Source of the DNA: a virus
Taxonomy: Duplodnaviria; Caudoviricetes
Length of the DNA: 64,000 nt
Direction: 5' to 3' (one strand)
IMG/VR virus record: IMGVR_UViG_3300021387_000147
The notes below the pieces were generated by a model, which saw only the letters and a program-made list of their open reading frames with translations, did no database searches and was not told the origin of the DNA. Positions 1 through 10,435 of this stretch are shown in pieces; the first letter of the stretch is position 1; every line of letters begins with the position of its first letter. A program made the position numbers and the translations under genes.

Positions 1-79
1 TCCATGATCATTAAACCATTTCTGAGATAAACTATAAGAAATATCTTTTCCAACTAAACCAAATTTAAAAATTTTATTG

Positions 80-316
80 TTATTCTTCATCCTCATCTTG
101 ATCTTCACCACATTCTGCTTCATACTCACTTTCTAGCTCATAGTATTCATCACTCGACATTCTGTCACAAATGAATTCATACTTGCCATAATTATCTTTC
201 ATATAATTATATTCATGAAGCATATCGCAAATTTCAGACAGTTTTTCAACATCACAATCTTCTTTGTGAACTGTTTCCAATTCTTTACAGAATTTTATTG
301 CTTCTTCTACTGTCAT
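80..316 (-). CDS. hypothetical acidic protein
   Basis: ORF abuts 317..931; D/E-rich C-terminus. Confidence 0.7.
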   Translation of the reverse strand: MTVEEAIKFCKELETVHKEDCDVEKLSEICDMLHEYNYMKDNYGKYEFICDRMSSDEYYELESEYEAECGEDQDEDEE

Positions 317-931
317 TTATTCTTCATCCTCATTTTCGTCTTCTTCATCGTCATCAAGGCTTTCAAATGTTAGAATATCCTTATATGACTTTGCATCGTA
401 ATTATAATCACACTGTTCCTGCTTTGTTCCAGCTGGAATTCTCTTGATTTCATAAGAGAATGAATGATTGTTATCACAATTATCCATCCATGGAAGTTGA
501 TCACCAACTTCTTCCTCTAGTTCTTCCTTCCATTCATGGATTTTTTCCCATGCATCCTTATTTGGAGTAGAGTCAACTCCCTTAATGTGAGTTGGATCAT
601 CATCGTCATCATCTTCCATTATGTCATCTTCATCCATATCTAGAAGGTCATCGAAGTTATCTAAATCCAATAGATAATCATAGTCCTTCCATGCATCACA
701 TCTATCAGATGGCTTCAAACCAAACTTCTTTAAATCACTAACAAATGAGTCTAGATGGAAAACATGTTCACCATAGTCTTCTTCAAAATGTTCATATATA
801 AGAACTTCAATTGCTAAGGCCTTCTGATCATTTTCATCTTCATCATCGTAAATACCCATACTGACTTCTTCATTGATGTCATCACCATCATTTGTATCTA
901 CTTCAAGTCTTGCTGTATAGTCCCATTTCAT
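317..931 (-). CDS. highly acidic hypothetical protein
   Basis: 204 aa ORF with AAGGA RBS; long D/E runs. Confidence 0.75.
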   Translation of the reverse strand: MKWDYTARLEVDTNDGDDINEEVSMGIYDDEDENDQKALAIEVLIYEHFEEDYGEHVFHLDSFVSDLKKFGLKPSDRCDAWKDYDYLLDLDNFDDLLDMDEDDIMEDDDDDDPTHIKGVDSTPNKDAWEKIHEWKEELEEEVGDQLPWMDNCDNNHSFSYEIKRIPAGTKQEQCDYNYDAKSYKDILTFESLDDDEEDENEDEE

Positions 932-946
932 TTTTAGATTTCCTTT

Positions 947-1144
947 TTAGTGTAATAGTTTAGATGCGCCAAATATAGCCAATGCTCCAACAATCGCTGT
1001 AATAACTAGCTTTCTAATTGTGTGATTATCTGACTTAGGTGCTTGTTCCTTATTCTTAGATTTAAGCTCTTGAAATTCTTCCTTCGAGCCCACAAAACCG
1101 AAATTTGGAACGTCAAACATACTTTCATCACTTTCTGCTGTCAT
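947..1144 (-). CDS. small membrane-anchored protein
   Basis: C-terminal hydrophobic segment LVITAIVGALAIFGA. Confidence 0.65.
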   Translation of the reverse strand: MTAESDESMFDVPNFGFVGSKEEFQELKSKNKEQAPKSDNHTIRKLVITAIVGALAIFGASKLLH

Positions 1145-1146
1145 TT

Positions 1147-1551
1147 TTAGATTTCCTTTTCTTCAAAGTTTACTTTATAGTTAAGATTAATCATTTCTTT
1201 TTCTTTTGCCTTTGCCATTTTCCAATCAGTAAAGACAAATGGATAAATTTGTTTCTTGTCTGGAGAATAAGCTATAATTGAATATATCTTCTTTTTATTA
1301 AATTCCTTTGGAATATGAATTTTCTGCCAATACTTAATATCTTTTTGATTAAGTGCTCCAGTTTGATTATGTGGCTGACCATTTGCATCCATATATGAAT
1401 AAGTTCGCCAAATTCCTTCTCTTGCACTTCCTTCTGGAGGAACAAATGTAGCAATTTGAATATTGCCATCTGTATCACAAATTAAAACTGGTGTTCTACA
1501 TGGGAAAAATGTTTCAGGTTTAACTATTACCCAATTCTGTTCAAATTCCAT
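1147..1551 (-). CDS. DUF551-like phage protein
   Basis: W...P...PVLIC...IATF...IKYWQKI..P pattern typical of DUF551. Confidence 0.45.
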   Translation of the reverse strand: MEFEQNWVIVKPETFFPCRTPVLICDTDGNIQIATFVPPEGSAREGIWRTYSYMDANGQPHNQTGALNQKDIKYWQKIHIPKEFNKKKIYSIIAYSPDKKQIYPFVFTDWKMAKAKEKEMINLNYKVNFEEKEI

Positions 1552-1984
1552 TATTTGCCTCTATTAGTTTTTGTTTAATTTCTTCCATTCTTTCATCATT
1601 ACTTAAAAGAAAACATGATAAATTGTTTAAATTATTCATTAAAGTTTTAATGTTAAATACTATATCTTGTTTCTTTCTAAGATTAGTTTCCTTTTTCAAT
1701 TTTTTCATATAATAAAGAATTTTTTTATCATATTTCCAAATGGAGCCATCATATAATTGATGCCACCAGGTTCCTTCTTCCCAAAAATATGATTTTGTTA
1801 TATTTCCATCTTTTGTAGAAATACCAGCATGCTGCCACAAAAACGGAAACAAATCTTCCACTTTTTTTATTTCGATTTCTTTGTGATCCAAATAAATTCG
1901 ATGATCATTTGTATCATAATCATCTAATAATGTTCCAAAAGAACATTTACCTAAATCACTAAAACCATTTAAACTAATCTTCAT
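1541..1984 (-). CDS. hypothetical protein, probably leaderless
   Basis: ATG 6 nt after a -10 hexamer; no RBS. Confidence 0.7.
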   Translation of the reverse strand: MKISLNGFSDLGKCSFGTLLDDYDTNDHRIYLDHKEIEIKKVEDLFPFLWQHAGISTKDGNITKSYFWEEGTWWHQLYDGSIWKYDKKILYYMKKLKKETNLRKKQDIVFNIKTLMNNLNNLSCFLLSNDERMEEIKQKLIEANNGI

Positions 1985-2028
1985 GGTCTAAATATAATAA
2001 AAGATGGTCAAATTGTCAACCATCTTTT
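1985..2028 (-). promoter_or_regulatory. sigma70 promoter with -35 inside a terminator-like hairpin
   Basis: TTGACA(2014-2019)-17nt-TATATT(1991-1996); hairpin AAAAGATGG...CCATCTTTT. Confidence 0.8.
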
Positions 2029-2204
2029 TAAACTATCACTCTAATTATTTCCTTCTTTGTAAATAACAATGATATAATCATTCGTTAAATTTACACTTTC
2101 AAGAGCTCTTCGATAACCATAAGCTCCAATAAAATTATTGACTAACTTATCCATCGTTTCTGCATCAAAATCAAGTTTTCTTTTAATAAAATGAACTTTT
2201 CTCA

Positions 2205-2549
2205 TTAATTTTCTCCACAATAACGTTTAATACAATCAACTTTTTCACTGTATAAAGAAAATCTTATTTTACAATCATCCATGCATTGATTGATTTCATT
2301 ATTATCCATAATACTATATGGATCTGTTGGAATTGCTTTCAAAGAACGACCATTAAGATGAGTAATTTCTATTTTCTTTGGAGTTTCAACTTTCTTAGCT
2401 TGAATTTGTTGTTTTTCTAATTTTTCCATTGAATTAGCAATTCTTTCCAAAGCATTAGCAATGCGTTCTAGTCTTTGATTACATTCATAACCACAACCAG
2501 CATTACTCATGACTGCAGCAATTCCAATCATAAGAAAAATCTTTTTCAT
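2205..2549 (-). CDS. secreted protein with C-terminal four-Cys motif
   Basis: Signal peptide MKKIFLMIGIAAVMSNAGC; C-terminal CMDDC...VDCIKRYC as in 58697 and 60173. Confidence 0.7.
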   Translation of the reverse strand: MKKIFLMIGIAAVMSNAGCGYECNQRLERIANALERIANSMEKLEKQQIQAKKVETPKKIEITHLNGRSLKAIPTDPYSIMDNNEINQCMDDCKIRFSLYSEKVDCIKRYCGEN

Positions 2550-2748
2550 TAGAGCCTCTCAAATTTAGCTGTTGCAACCTTCAACTTTGCATCAGGACAC
2601 TTTGCTTGAAGTTCCTCTTGCATTGCTTCAAGAGCATCAGCCTTAGACTTCCAACGTGGAATGTTAACCACGCAATTGATTTTGCCCTTACCCTTGCTCA
2701 AACTTTCGAATTCGCAAGTCAACTTGTATTCTACTGATAAAATTCCCA

Positions 2749-3087
2749 TTATCTATAACTCCTTCCAAGAATCAACTGTTCTTGTAAAAAATTTCTGAAT
2801 GTTTCTTTTGTTACTCTTTTAATTTGAATGGATGTGTCTTTTACCTTAACAATCTTTCCAGATAGATTACGATAAAGCTGTCTATAATCAATGCATTTCT
2901 TTCGAATGACCATGTCCCAACGAAAACCATTTCCTTTCATTCGCATAGCCATTTCATCTGCATTCAATGGAATATACGCAATTGCTGTGCATGTAAAATC
3001 AGGCATTTCCTTATTATCATATTCCATAATCATTGACTTATCATCAATAAGTTCATTTACAATTTCAAGTGCTTCTTCGTATGTCAT
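2749..3087 (-). CDS. hypothetical protein
   Basis: Coupled start/stop overlaps with neighbours. Confidence 0.65.
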   Translation of the reverse strand: MTYEEALEIVNELIDDKSMIMEYDNKEMPDFTCTAIAYIPLNADEMAMRMKGNGFRWDMVIRKKCIDYRQLYRNLSGKIVKVKDTSIQIKRVTKETFRNFLQEQLILGRSYR

Positions 3088-3416
3088 ATATTATCCTTTA
3101 ATGTTGGAAGAAATGTCCAATAGTCAACATAAAACCAGCTCAAATGGTCACTGTCATTATCCCAGCATTCTTCATCGACCCAAGTGTAAATAAAGTAGCC
3201 ATATTCATTTTCTTGTACTTTGCATTCTGGACAAATCTTATAACAAAGTTCACCTTTGTTATTTTTAAATACAGCTTCTTCATATACTCTTAAACGACCA
3301 ACCCATCTGATTTCAATTTCACCATTGATTAAATGCACTAACAAAGGCTTATTCATCATATAAGGCTGAGGAAGAATATCTCTTTCAAACCAAGTTAGTG
3401 CATCTGAGTATTTCAT
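3084..3416 (-). CDS. hypothetical protein
   Basis: Coupled ORF in operon. Confidence 0.65.
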   Translation of the reverse strand: MKYSDALTWFERDILPQPYMMNKPLLVHLINGEIEIRWVGRLRVYEEAVFKNNKGELCYKICPECKVQENEYGYFIYTWVDEECWDNDSDHLSWFYVDYWTFLPTLKDNI

Positions 3417-3808
3417 TAAATTACCTTAACACCATCTGGAAAAGCCTTCATGACTTCATTGACTTCTGGCGAGACTTCCTTAACTGGATTTGTTTCTGCA
3501 CACTTATGAATTGCTTCGATAAATGCATTCATGTCATTAGAAATATAATTATCTGGACGAACAAGACAATTTTCCTTTCCCCAATTATCTGCATCCTTAT
3601 TTTCATAGATAATTGGATATTTGGATGTGTCATCTACACAGACAATGAGATATGCCATCTTAGATTTCTTTTCATAGAATACCAAAGAATAAACTTGATG
3701 GCCTTCCTTAACACTTACTTCGTATGTGCATACATACTTTTCAATGTATTTCTTAAAAGAAGCCAAAAGACGAGGCATTCTTTCAATTGTTGTATTTGTA
3801 TCAATCAT
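3416..3808 (-). CDS. hypothetical protein
   Basis: AAGGA RBS, coupled ORF. Confidence 0.65.
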   Translation of the reverse strand: MIDTNTTIERMPRLLASFKKYIEKYVCTYEVSVKEGHQVYSLVFYEKKSKMAYLIVCVDDTSKYPIIYENKDADNWGKENCLVRPDNYISNDMNAFIEAIHKCAETNPVKEVSPEVNEVMKAFPDGVKVI

Positions 3809-3925
3809 TTTATAATTCCTTTGAAAAATTGTTTAACATTAAACCAAAATCTGGACCAAAAAGTGAAATACTTACGTTTAAAATCGTATTGGATATTTCC
3901 TTGTTTATTATACTTTCTTAAAGCC

Positions 3926-4144
3926 TCAATTTCTGTCATTATTTACCTGTCTTTCAATTCCATATTTAGCGATTGCTCCTCCAAATGCACTAAAGAATAA
4001 AACACCAAATAGAACCAATGGAACAGAGTCAATCATAATTCCAATAAAAATAGGAATTCCAAGAATACATGCACATAAAATCACAACCAACATAGTTGCA
4101 AGATAAAACAAACCATCTTTAATTACTTGTTTAAGAAATTGCAT
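3926..4144 (-). CDS. small two-TM membrane protein
   Basis: Two hydrophobic stretches. Confidence 0.65.
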   Translation of the reverse strand: MQFLKQVIKDGLFYLATMLVVILCACILGIPIFIGIMIDSVPLVLFGVLFFSAFGGAIAKYGIERQVNNDRN

Positions 4145-4635
4145 TACAAATCCTTTGGGTTAAATAGTGCAATAGATACACCATCATTTAAACGTTCAAC
4201 TTGAAATGAATCTCTTTCAACTAAATCGTCAATCAAAATGCACTGAGTTCCAGAAATGAACTTTTCACACATCTTGAAAAACATCATTTGTTTAGTCAAT
4301 CCAAATTCATTCATCATTCCAGGAATAAGTGCCTCTTCCTTATCACACGAATGCAACCATCCAGCATGAATAGCATCATCAACACTGTTTTCCTTAATAA
4401 TCACATCACCACGCAAATCATCTCTTACTTCCAACTTGTCAAAAATCATCTTAACAAGTTCAGGCTCGATTTCTTCTGTTTTTGTCCAGCCCCAAGTAAA
4501 AAGACTTACACACAAAGTTTCATCTTCTAATTTCTTCAAACACTTCTTAATTCCTTCAATGTTTGAAGGCATCCAATTCCTATCAAACAAAGAGTCAATT
4601 ATAGTGTTTTCAATATCAATAAAAATCCTAATCAT
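4144..4635 (-). CDS. HAD-superfamily phosphatase-like protein
   Basis: N-terminal IFIDIENT (DxD-like motif I, second D is E) and C-terminal ILIDD; start moved to ATG 4635. Confidence 0.5.
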   Translation of the reverse strand: MIRIFIDIENTIIDSLFDRNWMPSNIEGIKKCLKKLEDETLCVSLFTWGWTKTEEIEPELVKMIFDKLEVRDDLRGDVIIKENSVDDAIHAGWLHSCDKEEALIPGMMNEFGLTKQMMFFKMCEKFISGTQCILIDDLVERDSFQVERLNDGVSIALFNPKDL

Positions 4636-4637
4636 AA

Positions 4638-5168
4638 TTAAGCCAAAATTACAAGTTCTGCCAGTTCTCGACAAGGCTGTGGAATATCCTTTCTCTTCAA
4701 AAGCATTTCACAAACATTCTGATACATACGCTTTTGAGCATTTTCCTTAGGCATATCCCAAGAATTGTAAACCATGTCGGCCAGCTTTATCAGCAGTGCT
4801 TCTTTAGAAATAGAGCACAGCTTTTCAGTCATATATTCAGTCTTTCCAAGTTCTTCAATCGTATGCTTATTATTAGTCAATTCCAATACAAGTTCTGCGA
4901 CTTCTTCACTTCCAGATACAACTGCAATTTCTTCATAACTTGTATCAGTATCTTCCAACAAGTCATGACCAAACGCTGCATTTATCTGAACAATGGAGCC
5001 GCCATATTTCTTAACCAACCATGCAACACCACGCGGATGCACAAAATATGGCATGCCACTTCCCTTACGTTCTTGATGAGCATGACGGCCTTTTGCAAAG
5101 TAATACATTGCTCTGCATTCTACTGGAAAATCCTGAGATTTTGCTTTCTTAAACATTGCTGAAAACAT
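4638..5168 (-). CDS. HD-domain hydrolase, SpoT/Mesh1 (p)ppGpp hydrolase-like
   Basis: H.HQERKGSGMPYFVHP, HDLLEDT, LIKLAD..N motifs. Confidence 0.85.
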   Translation of the reverse strand: MFSAMFKKAKSQDFPVECRAMYYFAKGRHAHQERKGSGMPYFVHPRGVAWLVKKYGGSIVQINAAFGHDLLEDTDTSYEEIAVVSGSEEVAELVLELTNNKHTIEELGKTEYMTEKLCSISKEALLIKLADMVYNSWDMPKENAQKRMYQNVCEMLLKRKDIPQPCRELAELVILA

Positions 5169-5169
5169 A

Positions 5170-5670
5170 TTACAGCTCCTTTATGTTAATCACATGAGAA
5201 GTTTTGTTATTCTTTGCCATTGCGCGTTCTTCTGCTCTTAATTTGTCTTCCTTAGCCGTCTTATAGGCCTTCAAAAATTTACGAACGCCTTCACAAGTCA
5301 AATAATAACCATTCTTTCCACGTGCCATTTCAAAATATGTATAGCGATTAAGCCAATTTTTACAATAACTATCTACATATCCATCGCGAGCATAGATATA
5401 TCCATTCTTCTGCAAATCTGCCCAGAAACGAGACCAATGACCAGAACGATAAGTCAAATTGAGAACATTTTCCATCATATAGCGACGAGTCGTCTTTTGA
5501 CTTCTGACAGAACCAAAAATCTTATTAGGCTGAATTCCAGCATCTTTAACAGCAGTGTTCATATCTGCAGCGAACGCATTGTTCATAATCATGTGTTCAA
5601 AAACCTTATACCAGCTGCGGGTATCAACCTTATATCCATTGCTCGTATTATATGCGTAGTAAGCACCCAT
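5170..5670 (-). CDS. basic hypothetical protein, possibly winged-helix
   Basis: GAGG RBS; YYLTCEG resembles a wHTH wing motif (weak). Confidence 0.5.
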   Translation of the reverse strand: MGAYYAYNTSNGYKVDTRSWYKVFEHMIMNNAFAADMNTAVKDAGIQPNKIFGSVRSQKTTRRYMMENVLNLTYRSGHWSRFWADLQKNGYIYARDGYVDSYCKNWLNRYTYFEMARGKNGYYLTCEGVRKFLKAYKTAKEDKLRAEERAMAKNNKTSHVINIKEL

Positions 5671-5681
5671 TTTCTTACCTC

Positions 5682-6185
5682 TTACTTCAAATCCTCAATA
5701 GAAATTTCATGTTCTTCCATATACTTCTTCATACGAGCGATATGGTATTCCTTTGTCTGAAATTCTTCATGTTCATCAATAAATTCAAAATAATCATCTT
5801 CATCACAGTAAAGTTCACCAACACAACGGTCCCACTGGAGGAAGTTCTGAGTGCATTGACCAATTTCTTCATCAAAAACTACAATTCCATCATTCAAATC
5901 ATAAGAATAATCCAAACTCGGGAACATTTCAGATGCAGACGAATAACTTACACTGTTGTAGTCATCGAGAAATTCTTTGTCATCATCAGACAGTTTTTCA
6001 TAGTCATCTTCAAACTGTTCACGAAGGAATTCAGCGTCAAACTCAGCATCGTCCTTATCAAAGGAAACTACTTCACCAGTCTTTTCGCCAAAACCACCAA
6101 ATCCTTTCATTTCAAGGGTAATGCCATCTTTATGCATAGCCTTAACGAGTTCAAATTCATTAGTAGTGAAATAGTGCTTTGCCAT
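5682..6185 (-). CDS. acidic early protein
   Basis: First gene after promoter cassette 1; D/E-rich. Confidence 0.75.
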   Translation of the reverse strand: MAKHYFTTNEFELVKAMHKDGITLEMKGFGGFGEKTGEVVSFDKDDAEFDAEFLREQFEDDYEKLSDDDKEFLDDYNSVSYSSASEMFPSLDYSYDLNDGIVVFDEEIGQCTQNFLQWDRCVGELYCDEDDYFEFIDEHEEFQTKEYHIARMKKYMEEHEISIEDLK

Positions 6186-6189
6186 AGTT

Positions 6190-6324
6190 TAACCTCTTTT
6201 TGATTACATAGTATAATATACAAAAAAATATGGGTCTCGGAAACCCATATTTATGTAAAATAACGTTTACAATTGTACATTACAAGGCCTTCAGGAGACC
6301 TTTTTATGTAAATTTTTGTTTACA
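6190..6324 (-). promoter_or_regulatory. boxed promoter cassette 1
   Basis: TGTAAA-N6-TTTACA at 6254 and 6307; GGG-TTTCCG-17-TATATT; AAAAAGAGG RBS. Confidence 0.85.
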
Positions 6325-6397
6325 ATTAGTCGTGGTGGCCCCAAATTAGGTACCCTATAAAAATTCCAAGTAAAAGTCCACCCATTTTTATTTCTCC

Positions 6398-7582
6398 TTA
6401 AAATGCGGCCTTAAAATTATAAACCGGTTTAATGATTTTTTCAATTGTCACAGTTGGCTCAATCAAAGAAACGATTTCTTCCATTGGCTTATATGCCATA
6501 GGACTTTCATCCACAGTAGCAGAACTAACACAAGTCGTGTAAATTCCCTTCATTGCTTCCTTATAGTCCTTCATAGAAATAGAATTCTTTGCATCTGCTC
6601 TTGTCATCAATCGACCAGCACCATGAGGAGCACTATAATTCCAATCAGGATTTCCCTTACCAACACAAATCAAAGAACCATCTCTCATATTCATTGGAAT
6701 AATGACACGTTCTCCTTCCTGTGCAGAAATGGAACCTTTTCTCAAAATCATATTCTTCAAATCAATGTAATTATGGATAGTTTCAAACTGTTCTGTCACC
6801 TTGAAACCCATTTCCTTAACAATTACATCCAACATTGCGGCTCTATTCTGTGATGCAAATCCTTGGACAATTTCCATATCATGCAAATAACCTTCCAAAT
6901 GTTCACCAGTTAAATAAGACAATTCCTTTGGAACACTGAAATGGTCATAGTCCTTTAACAATTCCTTGATTTCAGCATCAGTTTTGCCTTGATTTTTGTA
7001 TTGTGCCACAATTGCGCCACGTTCATCTGTGAGCTTAGCACAATCCTTAATCGCAATGTTCTGCCAGTATTCACAAACGGCTACTCCAAGATGACGAGAA
7101 CCGCTATGGATAACGACGTAGAACTTTCCTTCATCATCCTTGTCAACTTCGATGAAATGATTACCTCCGCCAAGCGAACCAATTGAAAGCAATTCCTCTC
7201 CACGAACATCTGCAATCAAATCATCCAAAGAAAAATCCTTTGCATAACGATGCTTATATTGTCTATGTTCCTTTCCAGATGGAATCTTTTCCTTAATTAC
7301 CTTATCAAGTTTACCAAATTCAATAAACTTGTCTTTGAGCTTTGCAACAAGCATTCCACAGCCAATATCTACACCTACAAGATTTGGAACAACTTTATTA
7401 GTAATAGTCATTGTCGTTCCAACTGTGCAACCTTTTCCAGCATGCACGTCAGGCATAATACGGACATTAGAATCCTTAGCCCAACACTGACACATCATAT
7501 TTAAAATCTGTGAATATGCTGCGTTATCAATATTATCTGTAAACACTTTTGCTGTGTTATATTTTCCTTGAATATCTAACAT
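6398..7582 (-). CDS. rtcB: RtcB-family RNA ligase
   Basis: MPDVHAGKG, VGVDIGCGM, GGGNHFIE, HSGSR, HNYID, SAPHGAGR motifs. Confidence 0.95.
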   Translation of the reverse strand: MLDIQGKYNTAKVFTDNIDNAAYSQILNMMCQCWAKDSNVRIMPDVHAGKGCTVGTTMTITNKVVPNLVGVDIGCGMLVAKLKDKFIEFGKLDKVIKEKIPSGKEHRQYKHRYAKDFSLDDLIADVRGEELLSIGSLGGGNHFIEVDKDDEGKFYVVIHSGSRHLGVAVCEYWQNIAIKDCAKLTDERGAIVAQYKNQGKTDAEIKELLKDYDHFSVPKELSYLTGEHLEGYLHDMEIVQGFASQNRAAMLDVIVKEMGFKVTEQFETIHNYIDLKNMILRKGSISAQEGERVIIPMNMRDGSLICVGKGNPDWNYSAPHGAGRLMTRADAKNSISMKDYKEAMKGIYTTCVSSATVDESPMAYKPMEEIVSLIEPTVTIEKIIKPVYNFKAAF

Positions 7583-7790
7583 AACTTACCTCAAAAGAAA
7601 ATTTCACAATTCTTTTCACGTTCTTCCATTTCTTTCATATCTTTCTTATGCTGTTCCATTTCTTTTTTATAACAGTCAAAACAAAGATACGCTTTCATTG
7701 CTGGTAGGCCACTACCATAATCTTCGATTATGAAACCTACAGCAGTCTTTTCATTGATTATGTGTTTTTTACAGTTATAACAAATCATTT

Positions 7791-8093
7791 TTACCTTATA
7801 CATTCTTTTCTTTCGATACGATAATGACCGTCATTTACGTAAGTGTATATTTCTTTATGACTCCATACGCCATAAGAATTATATGCACTTTTGACTACAA
7901 TCGTATCAGGTTCAAGTCTAATAAAGACTTCATCATCACAAACTGTTTTTGTTATTAGTTCCTTGTCATGATATATCCATGCTTGAACGCCTTTGCTTTC
8001 ACAACCGCTGAATATTCCAGCAATAAAAATCAAAAAACAAAGGAATCCAACAAAATAAATTGTAAATTTAGCTTCTTTGCTCAAGATATGCAT
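7791..8093 (-). CDS. putative lipoprotein or membrane protein
   Basis: Hydrophobic N-terminus ending FSGC. Confidence 0.55.
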   Translation of the reverse strand: MHILSKEAKFTIYFVGFLCFLIFIAGIFSGCESKGVQAWIYHDKELITKTVCDDEVFIRLEPDTIVVKSAYNSYGVWSHKEIYTYVNDGHYRIERKECIR

Positions 8094-8243
8094 CTCCTTT
8101 AGGACAACCTAACATTTTCTTTAATTTTTCATAACATTTTTTGCATCGATAAATCTTTTTCCAACCTTTATTTGGTTTATCTACCCATGCTTCTTTTGCT
8201 TCATTCTTATGAAGCTTTTGTTTGCAGTCATAACAAATAATCA

Positions 8244-8426
8244 TTAATCTTCCTTAACAAAGAAATGTTTGAAAATTCCAATTAAGATAGCAACTACGAT
8301 AAGGAAGATAACAAAGGCAACAGCAGCGTAAATAGCCGGTGCAGAAGCAACATAAATTCCTGTTGCTATATCTCCAGCATGTTGTGCCATCATAATCTGT
8401 GCCATTGTTGAAACTTCATTACCCAT
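8244..8426 (-). CDS. small membrane protein
   Basis: GAGG RBS; one TM segment. Confidence 0.65.
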   Translation of the reverse strand: MGNEVSTMAQIMMAQHAGDIATGIYVASAPAIYAAVAFVIFLIVVAILIGIFKHFFVKED

Positions 8427-8435
8427 AATTACCTC

Positions 8436-8759
8436 TTACTTAAGATAGATATTGGTATCATGACCTTTCTTTTCTACCTTAACCTTTTCATTTTCATACG
8501 TAAAATCTTCACCGCAACGCTTCTGACCATCAATTGTCCAACAATTATTACTGTCAACAATCGACTGAATTTGAGCAGGAGAATACAATCTTGCAGTTCC
8601 AGTCAGAACAAGAATGCCCATACCAATCAAGAAACCTGCAGCAGCGGAATCAAACCATCCACCAACTACACAGACCTGTTCGTTGCGAATGCAAACGCCG
8701 ATAATCTTGAGAAGAAGGCCGGTCACGCCAAGAATAAAACCAATGAGAATTACTGCCAT
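8436..8759 (-). CDS. membrane protein
   Basis: Two TM segments; AAGGA RBS. Confidence 0.65.
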   Translation of the reverse strand: MAVILIGFILGVTGLLLKIIGVCIRNEQVCVVGGWFDSAAAGFLIGMGILVLTGTARLYSPAQIQSIVDSNNCWTIDGQKRCGEDFTYENEKVKVEKKGHDTNIYLK

Positions 8760-8926
8760 ATTTATTTTTCCTTTTTATTTAGATTTCCATACGAGGTTTT
8801 TCTTTGGAAGAGCGTCCAAATCAACCTCGTAGATTTTGACGTCCTTTTTAGTATTATTATATTTTGCTACTGGATAATAAGTAAAAGGTTTACTCCATTT
8901 TCCATCTACATTTACAAACCAATAAG

Positions 8927-9621
8927 TCATGTTATTTCCTCTGCCCAAAATAGCCAATCTTCACGATACTTATTCCATCTTTCAACTAATTCTCTTGCTT
9001 TATCCAAATTAAATTTATGTGCTAAAGATTTTACATAAGTAAATGAAGTTTCAGTATCACTATATGTACATGCATAAGAAATTAAATCATATTGTTTATT
9101 CTTTTCATAATAACTTTTTAAACCAATTTCTGCACGTGCAACAGCATAATAAGTCATACATATTCCTCTACCCAATATACACAACCTTCAGAATGATCTA
9201 ATTCATTAAATCTGTCAACTATTTGTTGTGCTGTTTTTAGAGAAAACCTTTGAGCATTACGCTTAAGCGCAGTCATATCAATTTCACATGGAGAATAATC
9301 TCCAATATATGCAATTTCATTTTCATAGCATTTCTTATGAGCATTCCAAACACTAATTGATCGACAAACTCTATACAACATTCATTGTTCCTCTATCCAA
9401 AATAAAGCATCAGGTTCATTTCTTTTCCACTTATTCATTAAATCTATAGCTTCATTGAAAGAAAATCCTGGGTTATAATTTGTATTACGTGCATAATGTC
9501 TATCAAAAGTCCACATTGAAAATGAAGTATTATTAACCAACCATGAAATATCATTTACTTCACATTGTTTTCTGACACTCCATTTTGTAGCACATTTTCC
9601 AATAATATAACGCATTACCAA
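8927..9621 (-). other. three tandem paralogous small ORFs (8927, 9154, 9382)
   Basis: Shared F(N/S)...A...(V/M)..(W/F)...(F/Y)W.EE C-termini. Confidence 0.6.
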
Positions 9622-9837
9622 TCACCAACTTTCCAATCACCATTCAGATAATGCATAATATCATTCTTTACATTTCTGATAAGTGAATTCTGATATTTAA
9701 GATTTGTAATTCTACAATCTACTCGATTTTTAGAGACTTGCTTAGGCCATTCCAAAGTCATATTTGGAAATTTCTTTCTGAGCTTCCAAAACAAGTCATC
9801 CAATTCTTTAAATTCTTTTTCTGCTTGTGTCATAGTA

Positions 9838-10170
9838 TTAACCTTCGAAACAAGTCTTAATAAACTGTTCTCGCATGATTTTTAAAATACTGTTATCTTT
9901 GATATTGCACTTCCTTTCAAGCTCTTTTAAACCTTGCATAAACTGCATCTTTCTGATTTTATCATCGATAATAATTTCAGACCAAGTCGGAGGTAAGTCA
10001 AAAGAATGGCCTCCATCTTTAGATACAACATTAAAAGATTCAAAAGACAATTCCTGGCCACAATTCTTGCAGAAATTTTCACTTTGACAAACACTTTTAC
10101 CACAAGTCGGACAAATGCTACAAATCCACGGAAAACTATGCCTTACAAACGTTCTTACTTCCAATTTCAT
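9838..10170 (-). CDS. zinc-ribbon protein
   Basis: CPTCG...NFCKNCGQ. Confidence 0.7.
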   Translation of the reverse strand: MKLEVRTFVRHSFPWICSICPTCGKSVCQSENFCKNCGQELSFESFNVVSKDGGHSFDLPPTWSEIIIDDKIRKMQFMQGLKELERKCNIKDNSILKIMREQFIKTCFEG

Positions 10171-10180
10171 GATAAATTCC

Positions 10181-10435
10181 TTATTCGATATTATAGATTA
10201 TTTTGTCTAAAAAGTTAATAAATTCAAGATAATTCATGCTCATCCACACGCTTTCGTAATTGAAAGAATGAAGATCACCTTGTTTGTAAAAATACATTGC
10301 ATGGATGCAAAGTTTTCCAATTTCCTTTCCATTATAGAATACATGCGTATCACTAAATTGGAAACTCTCAGGATTGTCATACGTAAATGTGCAACCCTTA
10401 GATTTCAGATAATCGCAAACTTCGCCGTAAGTCAT
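10181..10435 (-). CDS. hypothetical protein
   Basis: ORF in operon. Confidence 0.6.
   Translation of the reverse strand: MTYGEVCDYLKSKGCTFTYDNPESFQFSDTHVFYNGKEIGKLCIHAMYFYKQGDLHSFNYESVWMSMNYLEFINFLDKIIYNIE

Noticed and set aside
5170-5670. This gene as the box-binding regulator
   Set aside because: Only a weak wHTH-like hint; not enough to assign.
6254-6324. Literal control by TyrR
   Set aside because: The match is to the consensus only; the host appears non-enterobacterial and the downstream genes are unrelated to aromatic metabolism.
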